Shown piece after piece: positions 50,059 to 63,746 of a stretch of 64,000 nt of DNA (its first letter is position 1; the number at the start of each line of letters is the position of its first letter). The DNA is from Escherichia phage vB_EcoM_Maryam: the sequence record PQ799574.1; one strand, written 5' to 3'. The notes beneath the pieces were generated by a model. It did no database searches, was not told where the DNA came from, and saw only the letters and a list, made by a program, of their open reading frames with translations. The translations under genes were made by a program, and so were the position numbers.

Positions 50059-51934
50059 TGAAACAATACCAATTTTTAATTAAAGATATCCTGGAAAATG
50101 GCTACGAAACCGATGACCGAACAGGCACAGGAACAATTGCTTTGTTCGGTACTAAATTACGCTGGGATTTAACTAAAGGTTTTCCTGCAGTAACAACTAA
50201 GAAGCTCGCCTGGAAAGCTTGCATTGCTGAGCTAATATGGTTTTTATCGGGAAGCACAAATGTCAATGATTTGCGATTAATTCAACATGATTCGTTAATT
50301 CAAGGCAAAACAGTTTGGGATGAAAATTACGAAAATCAAGCAAAAGATTTAGGATATCATAGCGGTGAACTTGGTCCAATTTATGGAAAACAGTGGCGTG
50401 ATTTTGGCGGTGTAGATCAAATTATAGAAGTTATTGATCGTATTAAAAAACTGCCAAATGATAGGCGTCAAATTGTTTCTGCGTGGAATCCAGCTGAACT
50501 TAAATATATGGCATTACCGCCTTGTCATATGTTCTATCAGTTTAATGTGCGTAATGGCTATTTGGATTTGCAGTGGTATCAACGATCAGTAGATGTTTTC
50601 TTGGGTTAATTGAGGCCTGAGTATAAGGTGACTTATACTTGTAATCTATCTAAACGGGGAACCTCTCTAGTAGACAATCCCGTGCTAAATTGTAGGACTG
50701 CCCTTTAATAAATACTTCTATATTTAAAGAGGTATTTATGAAAAGCGGAATTTATCAGATTAAAAATACTTTAAACAATAAAGTATATGTAGGAAGTGCT
50801 AAAGATTTTGAAAAGAGATGGAAGAGGCATTTTAAAGATTTAGAAAAAGGATGCCATTCTTCTATAAAGCTTCAGAGGTCTTTTAACAAACATGGTAATG
50901 TGTTTGAATGTTCTATTTTGGAAGAAATTCCATATGAGAAAGATTTGATTATTGAACGAGAAAATTTTTGGATTAAAGAGCTTAATTCTAAAATTAATGG
51001 ATACAATATTGCTGATGCAACGTTTGGTGATACATGTTCTACGCATCCATTAAAAGAAGAAATTATTAAGAAACGTTCTGAAACTGTTAAAGCTAAGATG
51101 CTTAAACTTGGACCTGATGGTCGGAAAGCTCTTTACAGTAAACCCGGAAGTAAAAACGGGCGTTGGAATCCAGAAACCCATAAGTTTTGTAAGTGCGGTG
51201 TTCGCATACAAACTTCTGCTTATACTTGTAGTAAATGCAGAAATCGTTCAGGTGAAAATAATTCATTCTTTAATCATAAGCATTCAGACATAACTAAATC
51301 TAAAATATCAGAAAAGATGAAAGGTAAAAAGCCTAGTAATATTAAAAAGATTTCATGTGATGGGGTTATTTTTGATTGTGCAGCAGATGCAGCTAGACAT
51401 TTTAAAATTTCGTCTGGATTAGTTACTTATCGTGTAAAATCTGATAAATGGAATTGGTTCTACATAAATGCCTAACGACTATCCCTTTGGGGAGTAGGGT
51501 CAAGTGACTCGAAACGGTAGACAACTTGCTTTAACAAGTTGGAGATATAGTCTGATCTGCATGGTGACATGCAGCTGGATATAATTCCGGGGTAAGATTA
51601 ACGACCTTATCTGAACATAATGCTTCCATTTAATATTGCATCATATGCTGCGTTAGTTCATATTGTAGCTAAGATATGTAATCTTATTCCGGGAGATTTG
51701 ATATTTTCTGGCGGTAATACTCATATCTATATGAATCACGTAGAACAATGTAAAGAAATTTTGCGTCGTGAACCTATGGATTTATGCGAATTACAATTAA
51801 AATTTCCAGATGAATTTGATGAATGGAACACAGAATCGCAGGTATTTTGGTTGAGTCAATTTGCAAAGCCTCATAATTTTGTTCTTAACAACTATGAATC
51901 ACATCCTCCTATTAAAGGAAAGATGGCGGTGTAA
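50058..51934 (+). CDS. td: thymidylate synthase, split by a group I intron (exon 1 50058-50606, exon 2 51623-51934; 286 aa spliced)
   Basis: Exon 1 ends ...VDVFLG and exon 2 continues LPFNIASYA... in frame; spliced length equals T4 TS. Confidence 0.9.
50607..51622 (+). mobile_element. td group I self-splicing intron (1016 nt) carrying the I-TevI homing endonuclease ORF
   Basis: Intron starts UAAUUGAGGCCUGAGUAUAAGG and ends ...GAACAUAAUG between td exons; 1016 nt as in T4. Confidence 0.85.
50738..51475 (+). CDS. I-TevI GIY-YIG homing endonuclease (245 aa), intron-encoded
   Basis: GIYQIKN...YVGSA motif; zinc finger; inside the td intron. Confidence 0.9.
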   Translation: MKSGIYQIKNTLNNKVYVGSAKDFEKRWKRHFKDLEKGCHSSIKLQRSFNKHGNVFECSILEEIPYEKDLIIERENFWIKELNSKINGYNIADATFGDTCSTHPLKEEIIKKRSETVKAKMLKLGPDGRKALYSKPGSKNGRWNPETHKFCKCGVRIQTSAYTCSKCRNRSGENNSFFNHKHSDITKSKISEKMKGKKPSNIKKISCDGVIFDCAADAARHFKISSGLVTYRVKSDKWNWFYINA

Positions 51935-51954
51935 TTTTATTATTGCGAGGATAT

Positions 51955-52218
51955 ATGATTTTACGATTTAAAGATACTTCTGGTGTAGTTCTTTTTACAC
52001 TTCCTAATCCAAGTGAGTTAGAAGTTCCAGGACCAAATCAGCCTATTATCATTTATGGCAAAAAATATTATACTCATAAAATGACTCGTGAGTATTTTGA
52101 TAATAAAATTTCCACAGTTAAAACTTCTTCTGACTGTTACTACGATATTACTGTTTTAACGGAAGAACAATATGAACACTTACAACCGCGCAGGCCGTAT
52201 ATGCCGAGTAGTGAATAA
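51955..52218 (+). CDS. hypothetical protein (87 aa)
   Basis: ATG with GCGAGGA RBS (track ORF starts at TTG). Confidence 0.4.
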   Translation: MILRFKDTSGVVLFTLPNPSELEVPGPNQPIIIYGKKYYTHKMTREYFDNKISTVKTSSDCYYDITVLTEEQYEHLQPRRPYMPSSE

Positions 52219-52498
52219 ATATAAATCCGACTTTGATGTTAATATTCACCGTGGTACATTTTGGGGAAATTACGTCGGTAAAGATGCTGGCAGCCGGGAG
52301 GCTGCCATTGAATTATTCAAAAAAGATTTTATACGTCGAATTAAATCCGGAGAAATAACTAAAGCACATTTAGAGCCTTTACGTGGAATGAGGCTAGGAT
52401 GCACATGTAAACCAAAGCCGTGTCATGGTGATATAATAGCTCATATAGTTAACCGATTGTTTAAAGACGATTTTCAAGTTGAGGACTTATGCAATTAA
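52172..52498 (+). CDS. hypothetical protein (108 aa)
   Basis: ORF overlapping the nrdA start. Confidence 0.4.
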   Translation: MNTYNRAGRICRVVNKYKSDFDVNIHRGTFWGNYVGKDAGSREAAIELFKKDFIRRIKSGEITKAHLEPLRGMRLGCTCKPKPCHGDIIAHIVNRLFKDDFQVEDLCN

Positions 52499-54753
52499 TT
52501 AATGTTATCAAAAGTAGTGGTGTTTCTCAGAGCTTTGACCCACAAAAAATTATTAAAGTTTTATCTTGGGCAGCTGAAGGAACATCAGTAGATCCTTATG
52601 AATTATATGAAAATATTAAATCTTATCTCCGTGATGGAATGACAACTGATGATATTCAGACTATTGTCATTAAGGCCGCTGCGAATTCTATTTCGGTTGA
52701 AGAACCTGATTATCAATATGTAGCTGCACGCTGTTTAATGTTTGCTCTTCGTAAGCATGTTTATGGGCAGTATGAACCACGTTCATTTATTGACCATATT
52801 TCTTACTGTGTAAATGAAGGTAAATATGACCCTGAATTATTGTCAAAATATTCAGCAGAAGAAATTACATTTTTAGAATCAAAAATTAAGCACGAGCGGG
52901 ATATGGAATTTACTTATTCCGGGGCGATGCAATTAAAAGAAAAATATCTCGTTAAAGATAAAACCACTGGTCAAATTTATGAAACTCCACAGTTTGCATT
53001 TATGACTATTGGAATGGCATTGCATCAAGATGAACCTGTTGACAGATTAAAACATGTTATTCGTTTTTATGAAGCAGTATCTACTCGACAGATTTCATTG
53101 CCAACTCCTATTATGGCTGGTTGTCGTACTCCGACTCGACAGTTTAGTTCATGTGTTGTTATTGAGGCAGGTGATTCGCTGAAGTCTATCAATAAGGCTT
53201 CCGCTTCGATTGTTGAATATATCTCTAAACGCGCTGGAATTGGTATTAACGTTGGTATGATTCGTGCCGAAGGTTCTAAGATTGGCATGGGTGAAGTACG
53301 CCATACTGGGGTTATTCCTTTTTGGAAACATTTTCAGACTGCTGTTAAATCATGCTCACAGGGTGGAATTCGTGGCGGCGCTGCTACTGCTTATTATCCT
53401 ATTTGGCATTTGGAAGTTGAAAATCTTCTCGTTTTGAAAAATAACAAAGGTGTAGAAGAAAACCGCATTCGTCATATGGATTATGGTGTTCAGCTGAATG
53501 ATTTGATGATGGAACGATTCGGAAAGAACGATTACATTACTTTGTTCAGTCCGCATGAAATGGGTGGCGAGCTTTATTATTCTTATTTTAAAGACCAAGA
53601 CCGTTTCCGTGAATTATACGAAGCAGCAGAAAAAGACCCTAATATTCGTAAAAAGCGTATTAAAGCCCGTGAACTATTTGAATTGCTCATGACTGAACGT
53701 TCAGGAACAGCAAGGATTTATGTACAGTTCATTGATAATACGAATAACTATACTCCGTTTATTCGTGAAAAGGCACCTATTCGTCAGAGTAACTTGTGCT
53801 GTGAAATTGCTATTCCAACAAATGATGTGAATAGTCCTGATGCTGAAATTGGCTTGTGCACGTTATCTGCATTTGTGTTGGATAACTTCGATTGGCAAGA
53901 CCAAGATAAAATTAATGAATTGGCAGAAGTTCAAGTTCGTGCTCTTGATAATCTTTTGGATTACCAAGGATATCCAGTTCCTGAAGCAGAAAAAGCTAAA
54001 AAGCGTCGTAACCTCGGTGTAGGTGTTACTAACTATGCAGCTTGGCTGGCAAGTAACTTTGCTTCTTATGAAGATGCTAACGATTTAACACATGAACTAT
54101 TTGAGAGATTACAGTATGGACTCATTAAAGCATCCATTAAGCTCGCCAAAGAAAAAGGACCTTGCGAATATTATTCAGACACTCGTTGGTCTCGAGGCGA
54201 ATTACCTATCGACTGGTACAATAAAAAGATTGACCAAATCGCAGCTCCAAAATACGTTTGTGACTGGTCGTCGCTGCGGGAAGACCTTAAGCTCTTTGGC
54301 ATCCGTAATAGCACATTATCAGCACTTATGCCATGTGAGTCATCTTCCCAAGTTTCTAACAGTACAAACGGTATCGAGCCTCCACGTGGACCAGTCTCTG
54401 TTAAAGAATCAAAAGAGGGCTCCTTTAATCAAGTCGTGCCCAATATTGAGCATAACATAGACCTCTATGATTATACATGGAAATTAGCTAAGAAAGGTAA
54501 TAAACCTTATCTTACGCAGGTAGCTATTATGCTGAAATGGGTGTGTCAATCAGCTTCAGCGAATACATACTATGACCCGCAGATTTTTCCAAAAGGAAAG
54601 GTTCCAATGTCAATAATGATTGATGACATGCTATACGGATGGTATTATGGCATTAAAAATTTCTATTATCATAATACCCGTGATGGTTCTGGTACTGATG
54701 ATTATGAAATAGAAACTCCAAAAGCTGAAGATTGTTCATCCTGTAAATTATGA
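52489..54753 (+). CDS. nrdA: ribonucleotide reductase large subunit (754 aa)
   Basis: Length identical to T4 NrdA; ATP-cone N-terminus. Confidence 0.9.
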   Translation: MQLINVIKSSGVSQSFDPQKIIKVLSWAAEGTSVDPYELYENIKSYLRDGMTTDDIQTIVIKAAANSISVEEPDYQYVAARCLMFALRKHVYGQYEPRSFIDHISYCVNEGKYDPELLSKYSAEEITFLESKIKHERDMEFTYSGAMQLKEKYLVKDKTTGQIYETPQFAFMTIGMALHQDEPVDRLKHVIRFYEAVSTRQISLPTPIMAGCRTPTRQFSSCVVIEAGDSLKSINKASASIVEYISKRAGIGINVGMIRAEGSKIGMGEVRHTGVIPFWKHFQTAVKSCSQGGIRGGAATAYYPIWHLEVENLLVLKNNKGVEENRIRHMDYGVQLNDLMMERFGKNDYITLFSPHEMGGELYYSYFKDQDRFRELYEAAEKDPNIRKKRIKARELFELLMTERSGTARIYVQFIDNTNNYTPFIREKAPIRQSNLCCEIAIPTNDVNSPDAEIGLCTLSAFVLDNFDWQDQDKINELAEVQVRALDNLLDYQGYPVPEAEKAKKRRNLGVGVTNYAAWLASNFASYEDANDLTHELFERLQYGLIKASIKLAKEKGPCEYYSDTRWSRGELPIDWYNKKIDQIAAPKYVCDWSSLREDLKLFGIRNSTLSALMPCESSSQVSNSTNGIEPPRGPVSVKESKEGSFNQVVPNIEHNIDLYDYTWKLAKKGNKPYLTQVAIMLKWVCQSASANTYYDPQIFPKGKVPMSIMIDDMLYGWYYGIKNFYYHNTRDGSGTDDYEIETPKAEDCSSCKL

Positions 54754-54804
54754 TATAATTTGACTCACGGACGAGTCACTATCTATTAACTAAGCGGAAA
54801 ATTT

Positions 54805-55983
54805 ATGAGCACAGTTTTTAATACAAATCCAGTTGATGTTTTAAAAGAACCTATGTTTTTTGGTTCAGGTCTTGGTATTGCGCGTTATGATATTCAACGG
54901 CATCGAGTATTTGAAGAACTTACAGAGAAGTCCTTATCATTTTTCTGGCGCCCGGAAGAAGTAAACTTAATGATGGATGCTGCACAGTTTAATAAGCTTC
55001 CTCAGTATCAGCAAAATATTTTTACTAATAATCTGAAATATCAATCACTTTTGGATAGCATTCAGGGTCGTGCGCCGTCTGCTGTACTTATGTCATTAAT
55101 TTCAGACCCAAGTCTTGACACATGGGTTGCTACATGGACTTTTAGTGAAACTATTCACAGCCGTTCATATACACATATCATGCGAAATCTTTATACTGAT
55201 CCATCGAAGGTATTTGATGAAATTGTATTAGATGAAGCTATTATGAAACGTGCTGAATCCATTGGACGTTATTATGATGATGTTCTGATTAAAACTCGTT
55301 ATTGGGAAAACGCTAAAGCTGATATCGAATACCAAAAAGAAATTAATGCAGACGAAGACGTTATTGAAGATGCTATTGAGCATGAGACATATTGGAAGCG
55401 TGAGCTAATGAAATCTCTTTACCTCTGTTTGCATGTAATCAACGCATTGGAAGCTATTCGTTTTTATGTATCTTTCGCATGTACCTTTAACTTCCATAAA
55501 AACATGGAAATCATGGAAGGTAATGCCAAGATTATGAAGTTCATTGCACGTGATGAGCAGCTTCACCTTAAAGGCACCCAATATATTATTCGTCAACTTC
55601 AGCTTGGCACTGATGGTGATGAATGGGTTAAAATTGCTCAAGAGTGTGAACAAGAAGCAGTTGATATTTTCATGGAAGTTAACCGCCAAGAAAAAGATTG
55701 GGCAGTTCATTTATTTAAAGATGGCGATGTTCCTGGATTAAATACAAATAGCATGTGGAGCTTTATTGATTACTTAACTGTATCTCGTATGAAACAGTGC
55801 GGTCTTCCATGCCCAATTACCGATGCTCCGGTTAAACATCCATATCCTTGGATTCGTGAATATCTTAATTCTGATAATGTTCAATCCGCGCCACAAGAAG
55901 TAGAACTGTCATCTTACCTTGTTGCGCAGATTGATAATGATGTTGATGATAAAGTTATGATGAGTTTTAAAAAATATTTTTAA
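54805..55983 (+). CDS. nrdB: ribonucleotide reductase small subunit (392 aa), no intron
   Basis: Continuous ORF; ferritin-like diiron motifs; synteny. Confidence 0.9.
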   Translation: MSTVFNTNPVDVLKEPMFFGSGLGIARYDIQRHRVFEELTEKSLSFFWRPEEVNLMMDAAQFNKLPQYQQNIFTNNLKYQSLLDSIQGRAPSAVLMSLISDPSLDTWVATWTFSETIHSRSYTHIMRNLYTDPSKVFDEIVLDEAIMKRAESIGRYYDDVLIKTRYWENAKADIEYQKEINADEDVIEDAIEHETYWKRELMKSLYLCLHVINALEAIRFYVSFACTFNFHKNMEIMEGNAKIMKFIARDEQLHLKGTQYIIRQLQLGTDGDEWVKIAQECEQEAVDIFMEVNRQEKDWAVHLFKDGDVPGLNTNSMWSFIDYLTVSRMKQCGLPCPITDAPVKHPYPWIREYLNSDNVQSAPQEVELSSYLVAQIDNDVDDKVMMSFKKYF

Positions 55984-55988
55984 GGAGT

Positions 55989-56010
55989 GGGCCGCAAGGC
56001 CCATTTTATT
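55989..56010 (+). terminator. intrinsic terminator or attenuator after nrdB
   Basis: GGGCC-GCAA-GGCCC plus AUUUUAUU. Confidence 0.55.
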
Positions 56011-57598
<1,588 letters not shown>

Positions 57599-57601
57599 GC
57601 T

Positions 57602-57631
57602 GTTTACAAGTCCCTCGTGTTGTGTTATAGT
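57602..57631 (+). promoter_or_regulatory. early promoter upstream of alc
   Basis: GTTTACA-N17-TATAGT. Confidence 0.45.
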
Positions 57632-57659
57632 AGTCTTACTGACATAACATGAGGACTTT

Positions 57660-58166
57660 ATGATGGATTTGCAGCTTATTACTACTGAAATGGTCGTTGA
57701 AGCATACGGTGATACTACAGATGGGATTTCTGTATTCAAAGGAAATCGTCGAGTTGGATATATCACCGATCTTAAGAAAGATTTAGCTAAGCAAGTCAAG
57801 CGGAAAACGACCATTAAAGAATATCGAAATCGTCGTCTTGAGCAAGCCCGTGATATGCTTCCTGATGCGGTTGAGGAGATGAAAGTCTTTTTAGAAAATC
57901 AACTCGCTAAGTATGAGTGCGAAGTATTCATTAATCAGACTCAGCCTAATGTTCATATCAATAGCTGCAAATGCTATATCATCGTTAATCCTTTGACTGG
58001 AAAGCATCGTCTTGGAATTAGTAATCCAAATCGTAGTGCATCGGATATGGCAGAAGATGTTGAGGCATGCTTTAAAATTTCTAAATCTCCGGCTGAACAT
58101 CATATTTTAATTAACGGTCTTTCTCAAGACGATATTATAGAGGTTATTAAAACTTTATGCATGTAA
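57660..58166 (+). CDS. alc: Alc-like protein (168 aa)
   Basis: Size and position between 63 and pseT; early promoter upstream. Confidence 0.5.
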   Translation: MMDLQLITTEMVVEAYGDTTDGISVFKGNRRVGYITDLKKDLAKQVKRKTTIKEYRNRRLEQARDMLPDAVEEMKVFLENQLAKYECEVFINQTQPNVHINSCKCYIIVNPLTGKHRLGISNPNRSASDMAEDVEACFKISKSPAEHHILINGLSQDDIIEVIKTLCM

Positions 58167-58510
58167 GTAATACGACAGCAGGCTTGTTATTAATTGTAAT
58201 TGCATTGGGCGGAACTTCTTTAATTTTAAAAAATAAAATTGAAAGATTAGAAACGTCTGTTGTAGAAATTACAAAAACGGCCAATGAAAACGCCTTAGCA
58301 TTAAATGATTTAAAAAATCAATATAATTATATTGATGCGATGAATAATAAAAATCGTGAGGCGATTGCTGCTATTGAGCGTGAAAATGAAAAGCTGCGCA
58401 AAGACGCAAAGAAGGCGGATGTGGTGGCTCATAAGCCAGGATTGGTTGAAAAACAAATCAACAACTCCTTCAACAAGTTCGCAGAAGACATCCAGGACCT
58501 TTCTAAATGA
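58157..58510 (+). CDS. membrane-anchored coiled-coil protein (117 aa)
   Basis: N-terminal TM segment then coiled coil. Confidence 0.45.
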   Translation: MHVSNTTAGLLLIVIALGGTSLILKNKIERLETSVVEITKTANENALALNDLKNQYNYIDAMNNKNREAIAAIERENEKLRKDAKKADVVAHKPGLVEKQINNSFNKFAEDIQDLSK

Positions 58511-58806
58511 TTAAACTATCAGCAGTAATATTATCTATTGGTCTTCTAGCTGGTTGTTCGACAAAGCCTCTAGAAGTAAAGAAAGAAACAGTTCATCCTA
58601 ATTGGCCTGTACAAATAAAGTCATATGACGAAGCTAAACTATCTTGGCAAGTTAAAGTTATTGATGGTAAAGCTTGGGTAGGTATGCCATTTGAAGATTC
58701 TCAGGAATTTCGTATTTGGCTTAATGATGTAAAACGATATGTACATGACCAGAAAACTATGATATGTTATTATCGTCAAGAGCTAAAAGAGGATAAATGT
58801 AAATGA
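58507..58806 (+). CDS. putative lipoprotein (99 aa)
   Basis: Lipobox LLAGC. Confidence 0.5.
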   Translation: MIKLSAVILSIGLLAGCSTKPLEVKKETVHPNWPVQIKSYDEAKLSWQVKVIDGKAWVGMPFEDSQEFRIWLNDVKRYVHDQKTMICYYRQELKEDKCK

Positions 58807-59029
58807 TTTCATGGTATCAATTTGAACATCTAAAAGGATTAATTTATGAATCCGAGATGGCTGCAATGATTTATGGACGACAGATTCAACGATTAGAATC
58901 TTTACCTCCAACTAATGATGTTTTATTAGCTCAATCACGCGCTAATCTCAAAAATGAATATCAAAATAAGTGGGGTAAAGCATCTAAAGACCTGCATGAT
59001 TATATTCAATCATTGGTTGAGAAAAATAA

Positions 59030-59033
<4 letters not shown>
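58803..59033 (+). CDS. hypothetical protein (76 aa)
   Basis: Overlapping coupled ORF. Confidence 0.45.
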
Positions 59034-60233
<1,200 letters not shown>

Positions 60234-60234
<1 letters not shown>

Positions 60235-60431
60235 TGGCTTTGCATCATGAAACTTGGGCTATTATTATTGTAAATAGTGGTTTAGTCGGTACTAGTAATG
60301 GGCAATTTTGTGTATTCACTAGTGAAAATAGAGCATGGGAGGAATGCCTTAAATTAAGAGAAAAGAATCCTGATGTTGAACTAACAGTAAAGAAAACTAA
60401 ACTGCCTTTACCATGGAAAACGTATGAATAA
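60234..60431 (+). CDS. hypothetical protein (65 aa)
   Basis: TAATG overlap with pseT stop; GGAGA RBS. Confidence 0.4.
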
Positions 60432-60624
60432 CCTAGAAAAGATTTATCGTCTTTGTGATAAAATTGAAAAAGAAAAGAAATATCTATTTTGTCTATGGCC
60501 TATTGTTGACGGAAGAGTAGGCCTAGATGTTCTTGATTATGAAACAGAAGACAAAGTAGATGGCGCAACTTTTGATAACGCTTTGGATGTTATTGATTGG
60601 CTCGAAGAAAATTATGTGAGGTAA
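60424..60624 (+). CDS. hypothetical protein (66 aa)
   Basis: ORF only. Confidence 0.4.
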   Translation: MNNLEKIYRLCDKIEKEKKYLFCLWPIVDGRVGLDVLDYETEDKVDGATFDNALDVIDWLEENYVR

Positions 60625-60626
60625 AT

Positions 60627-60902
60627 ATGTTTCCGACTTACTCTAAAATCGTAGAAGTAGTGTTTAGCCAAATTATCGCTAATAACATGTTTGAAAAGCT
60701 TGATAATGCAGCTGAACTTCGAATCCATGCTCAAGTGACTCATGTATTAAACACTTTGCTTCCAGACCAGGTGGATTCTGTTGCCATTACGCTGTATCCA
60801 GGTTCCGCGCATATCATTGTCGTATTCGGTCTTGATGCTGAGTTAGTTATCAAAGGCGACATTCGCTTTGAATCTCAAACTGCGGAATTCAAAGCGATTT
60901 AA
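60627..60902 (+). CDS. hypothetical protein (91 aa)
   Basis: ATG with GAGGTAAAT RBS. Confidence 0.45.
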   Translation: MFPTYSKIVEVVFSQIIANNMFEKLDNAAELRIHAQVTHVLNTLLPDQVDSVAITLYPGSAHIIVVFGLDAELVIKGDIRFESQTAEFKAI

Positions 60903-60905
60903 TGG

Positions 60906-60935
60906 TTTACTTTACGGTAGAGTTGTGATATTATA
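60906..60935 (+). promoter_or_regulatory. early promoter (GTTTACT-N17-TATTAT)
   Basis: Consensus hexamers. Confidence 0.45.
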
Positions 60936-60963
60936 GCTCTACCAAACAAATGAGGAAAACAAA

Positions 60964-61200
60964 ATGCTAAGTGAAAAACCAATTACTGTTAAAGAATTCC
61001 AAGAAAAAGTTAAACTATTTGCTCAGGAATTGGTAAATAAGGTTTCTGAACGATTTCCTGAAACATCGGTTCGTGTTATTACCGAAACTCCTCGTTCAGT
61101 ATTAGTAATTGTGAATCCAGGTGATGGCGATCAAATATCGCATCTTAAACTGGATTTTGATGGATTAGTTGAAGCACAAAGGGTGTATGGCGTACTATGA
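60964..61200 (+). CDS. hypothetical protein (78 aa)
   Basis: Early promoter at 60906-60935; GAGGAAAA RBS. Confidence 0.45.
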   Translation: MLSEKPITVKEFQEKVKLFAQELVNKVSERFPETSVRVITETPRSVLVIVNPGDGDQISHLKLDFDGLVEAQRVYGVL

Positions 61201-61535
61201 TGAATTTAACTGATATAATTGATAATTGTCTTGAAAATGATACTGGCGATCATAGAGCGCTTGACTCTGAAACAGCACAGTTCATTAGAATAACTTTAAT
61301 GAATGACACTCTAGTAAATAGTATTCATCCTTCTGTATATGATGCTATTATTGTGACGAAGTATCCAGTTGAGCTTCACAAAAAGATGGTTGGCGCAATT
61401 TTTATTGATAAGAAAAACCGCTTTAAAGACGGACAGAATATAATTAGTTCTGTTATTAAAAGTATAACTAAACTTCGTCATGAAATTTATCGTGTTGAAA
61501 CTGCTAAATCTGCTTATCTGGTGATTATGAAATGA
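61197..61535 (+). CDS. hypothetical protein (112 aa)
   Basis: Coupled ORF. Confidence 0.45.
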   Translation: MMNLTDIIDNCLENDTGDHRALDSETAQFIRITLMNDTLVNSIHPSVYDAIIVTKYPVELHKKMVGAIFIDKKNRFKDGQNIISSVIKSITKLRHEIYRVETAKSAYLVIMK

Positions 61536-62113
61536 AAGCGAGTACAGTACTTCAAATTGCATATTTAGTATCACAAGAATCAAAATGTTGCTCCTGGAAG
61601 GTAGGAGCAGTAATTGAAAAGAATGGACGTATTATTTCTACTGGGTATAACGGTTCACCCGCAGGAGGTGTGAACTGTTGTGATTATGCCGCTGAGCAAG
61701 GTTGGTTGCTGAATAAACCTAAACATACTATCATCCAAGGCCATAAGCCTGAATGCGTATCATTTGGTTCAACTGATCGCTTTGTCTTGGCGAAAGAACA
61801 CCGTAGCGCTCACTCTGAATGGTCGTCTAAAAATGAAATTCATGCTGAACTAAATGCAATTTTGTTTGCTGCACGAAATGGTTCTTCTATTGAAGGTGCT
61901 ACTATGTATGTAACACTTTCTCCTTGCCCAGATTGTGCAAAAGCGATAGCTCAATCTGGTATTAAAAAGCTGGTTTATTGTGAAACATACGATAAAAATA
62001 AACCTGGCTGGGATGATATTCTGCGAAATGCAGGTATTGAAGTGTTTAATGTTCCTAAGAAAAACTTGAATAAGTTAAACTGGGAAAATATCAACGAATT
62101 CTGTGGTGAATAA
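61532..62113 (+). CDS. cd: dCMP deaminase (193 aa)
   Basis: Zinc-binding HAE...PCxxC deaminase motifs; T4 Cd length. Confidence 0.85.
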   Translation: MKASTVLQIAYLVSQESKCCSWKVGAVIEKNGRIISTGYNGSPAGGVNCCDYAAEQGWLLNKPKHTIIQGHKPECVSFGSTDRFVLAKEHRSAHSEWSSKNEIHAELNAILFAARNGSSIEGATMYVTLSPCPDCAKAIAQSGIKKLVYCETYDKNKPGWDDILRNAGIEVFNVPKKNLNKLNWENINEFCGE

Positions 62114-62349
62114 TGAAATTTCGTTTGGTAAAGCTCATAGCAATTAGTTCTTATTCTAACGAGAACATCTCATTTGCTGTAGAGTATAAGAAATATTTTT
62201 TCTCTAAATGGAAACAGTATTATAAAACTGATTGGACTAGTATTGATAGACCATATAGTTGGAAATCTGATTTAGAAAAATGCCAAAAATTACTTTCCAC
62301 CCTTAAAGAACGTGGAACAACTCATATTAAAACTGTGATAGGTAAATAA
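62113..62349 (+). CDS. hypothetical protein (78 aa)
   Basis: Coupled ORF. Confidence 0.45.
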   Translation: MKFRLVKLIAISSYSNENISFAVEYKKYFFSKWKQYYKTDWTSIDRPYSWKSDLEKCQKLLSTLKERGTTHIKTVIGK

Positions 62350-62658
62350 ATGAAACTGACAACTGAGCAGAAAGTAGCAATTCGTGAAATTTTGAAAACT
62401 AAACTGTCCATGGGTGTTTCAAACGTAGTTTTTGAAAAGTCTGATGGTACTATTCGTACTATGAAAGGTACGCGTGATGCAGACTTTATGCCAACCATGC
62501 AAACTGGTAAATTGACTGAATCTACTCGGAAAGAATCTACTGACATGATTCCAGTATTTGATGTTGAACTTGGTGCATGGCGAGGTTTTTCTATTGACAA
62601 ATTGATTTCTGTTAATGGTATGAAAGTTGAGCATTTACTCCAATTTATTGGTAAATAA
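62350..62658 (+). CDS. hypothetical protein (102 aa)
   Basis: ORF only. Confidence 0.45.
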   Translation: MKLTTEQKVAIREILKTKLSMGVSNVVFEKSDGTIRTMKGTRDADFMPTMQTGKLTESTRKESTDMIPVFDVELGAWRGFSIDKLISVNGMKVEHLLQFIGK

Positions 62659-62714
62659 ATGCTTTAAGAATTATTTGTTATTATTAATTCATCTGTTAAC
62701 AAAAAGGAAAAACG

Positions 62715-63050
62715 ATGTCTGAAGTACAACAGCTACCAATTCGTGCTGTCGGTGAATATGTTATTTTAGTTTCTGAACCTGCACAAGCAGGTGATGAAGA
62801 AGTCACAGAATCAGGACTTATTATCGGTAAACGTGTTCAAGGTGAAGTTCCTGAACTGTGTGTAGTTCACTCTGTCGGTCCTGATGTTCCTGAAGGTTTC
62901 TGCGAAGTTGGTGATTTGACTTCTCTTCCAGTTGGTCAAATTCGAAATGTTCCGCATCCTTTTGTAGCTCTGGGTCTTAAGCAGCCAAAAGAAATTAAAC
63001 AAAAATTCGTTACCTGTCACTATAAAGCTATTCCGTGTCTTTATAAGTGA
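62715..63050 (+). CDS. 31: co-chaperonin gp31 (GroES analogue), 111 aa
   Basis: Length identical to T4 gp31; position next to rIII. Confidence 0.85.
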
Positions 63051-63196
63051 TATAAATAATAATATGAATTGGGTGTCGGAATAATAAGTTAACCGAACAA
63101 TTTATGTGGTAGTCTACAACTGAGAGATCTGTCGAAAGAAGATGAAATTCAGAAGAACGTGACTACCGAGTTTTAATCTCTAACGAGAATTTTTAA

Positions 63197-63445
63197 ATGA
63201 TTAAACAATTACAACACGCTCTTGAACTGCAACGAAACGCATGGAATAATGGTCACGAAAACTATGGCGCATCTATTGATGTTGAAGCCGAAGCTCTTGA
63301 AATCCTGCGTTATTTCAAACATCTGAATCCTGCTCAAACTGCATTAGCCGCTGAGCTCCAGGAAAAAGATGAGCTTAAATATGCTAAGCCTTTGGCTTCT
63401 GCTGCACGAAAAGCAGTTCGTCACTTTGTGGTAACACTGAAGTAA
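63197..63445 (+). CDS. rIII: rIII lysis-inhibition accessory protein (82 aa)
   Basis: Length identical to T4 rIII; synteny. Confidence 0.8.
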   Translation: MIKQLQHALELQRNAWNNGHENYGASIDVEAEALEILRYFKHLNPAQTALAAELQEKDELKYAKPLASAARKAVRHFVVTLK

Positions 63446-63564
63446 TTATGTTGACGAGGTTTATGGTTATCCTGTCGGTAAATATTCAAAACCTAAGTAC
63501 CCCTTGAGGGCTTGCGCAGGCAATGCCAATAAGTCCTGCATTTTCATTTAAAAGAGAATTTATA

Positions 63565-63741
63565 ATGGCAAAACAAGCTAAAGCAAAGAAAGCAGTTGAA
63601 AAGAAAGTTGGTGATTCTAAACGCGCTGGCTACAAGCGTGGGTCAAACTCTCGTATTAATCAAACTGTTGAGAAGATCATGCGTCGAGCACGTGCGGTTC
63701 TTCGAGATGATGCTTCTCGTTTTGGTAAGCAGAAAGCATAA
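63565..63741 (+). CDS. small basic protein (58 aa)
   Basis: ATG with RBS; terminator follows. Confidence 0.4.
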   Translation: MAKQAKAKKAVEKKVGDSKRAGYKRGSNSRINQTVEKIMRRARAVLRDDASRFGKQKA

Positions 63742-63746
63742 GTTGA

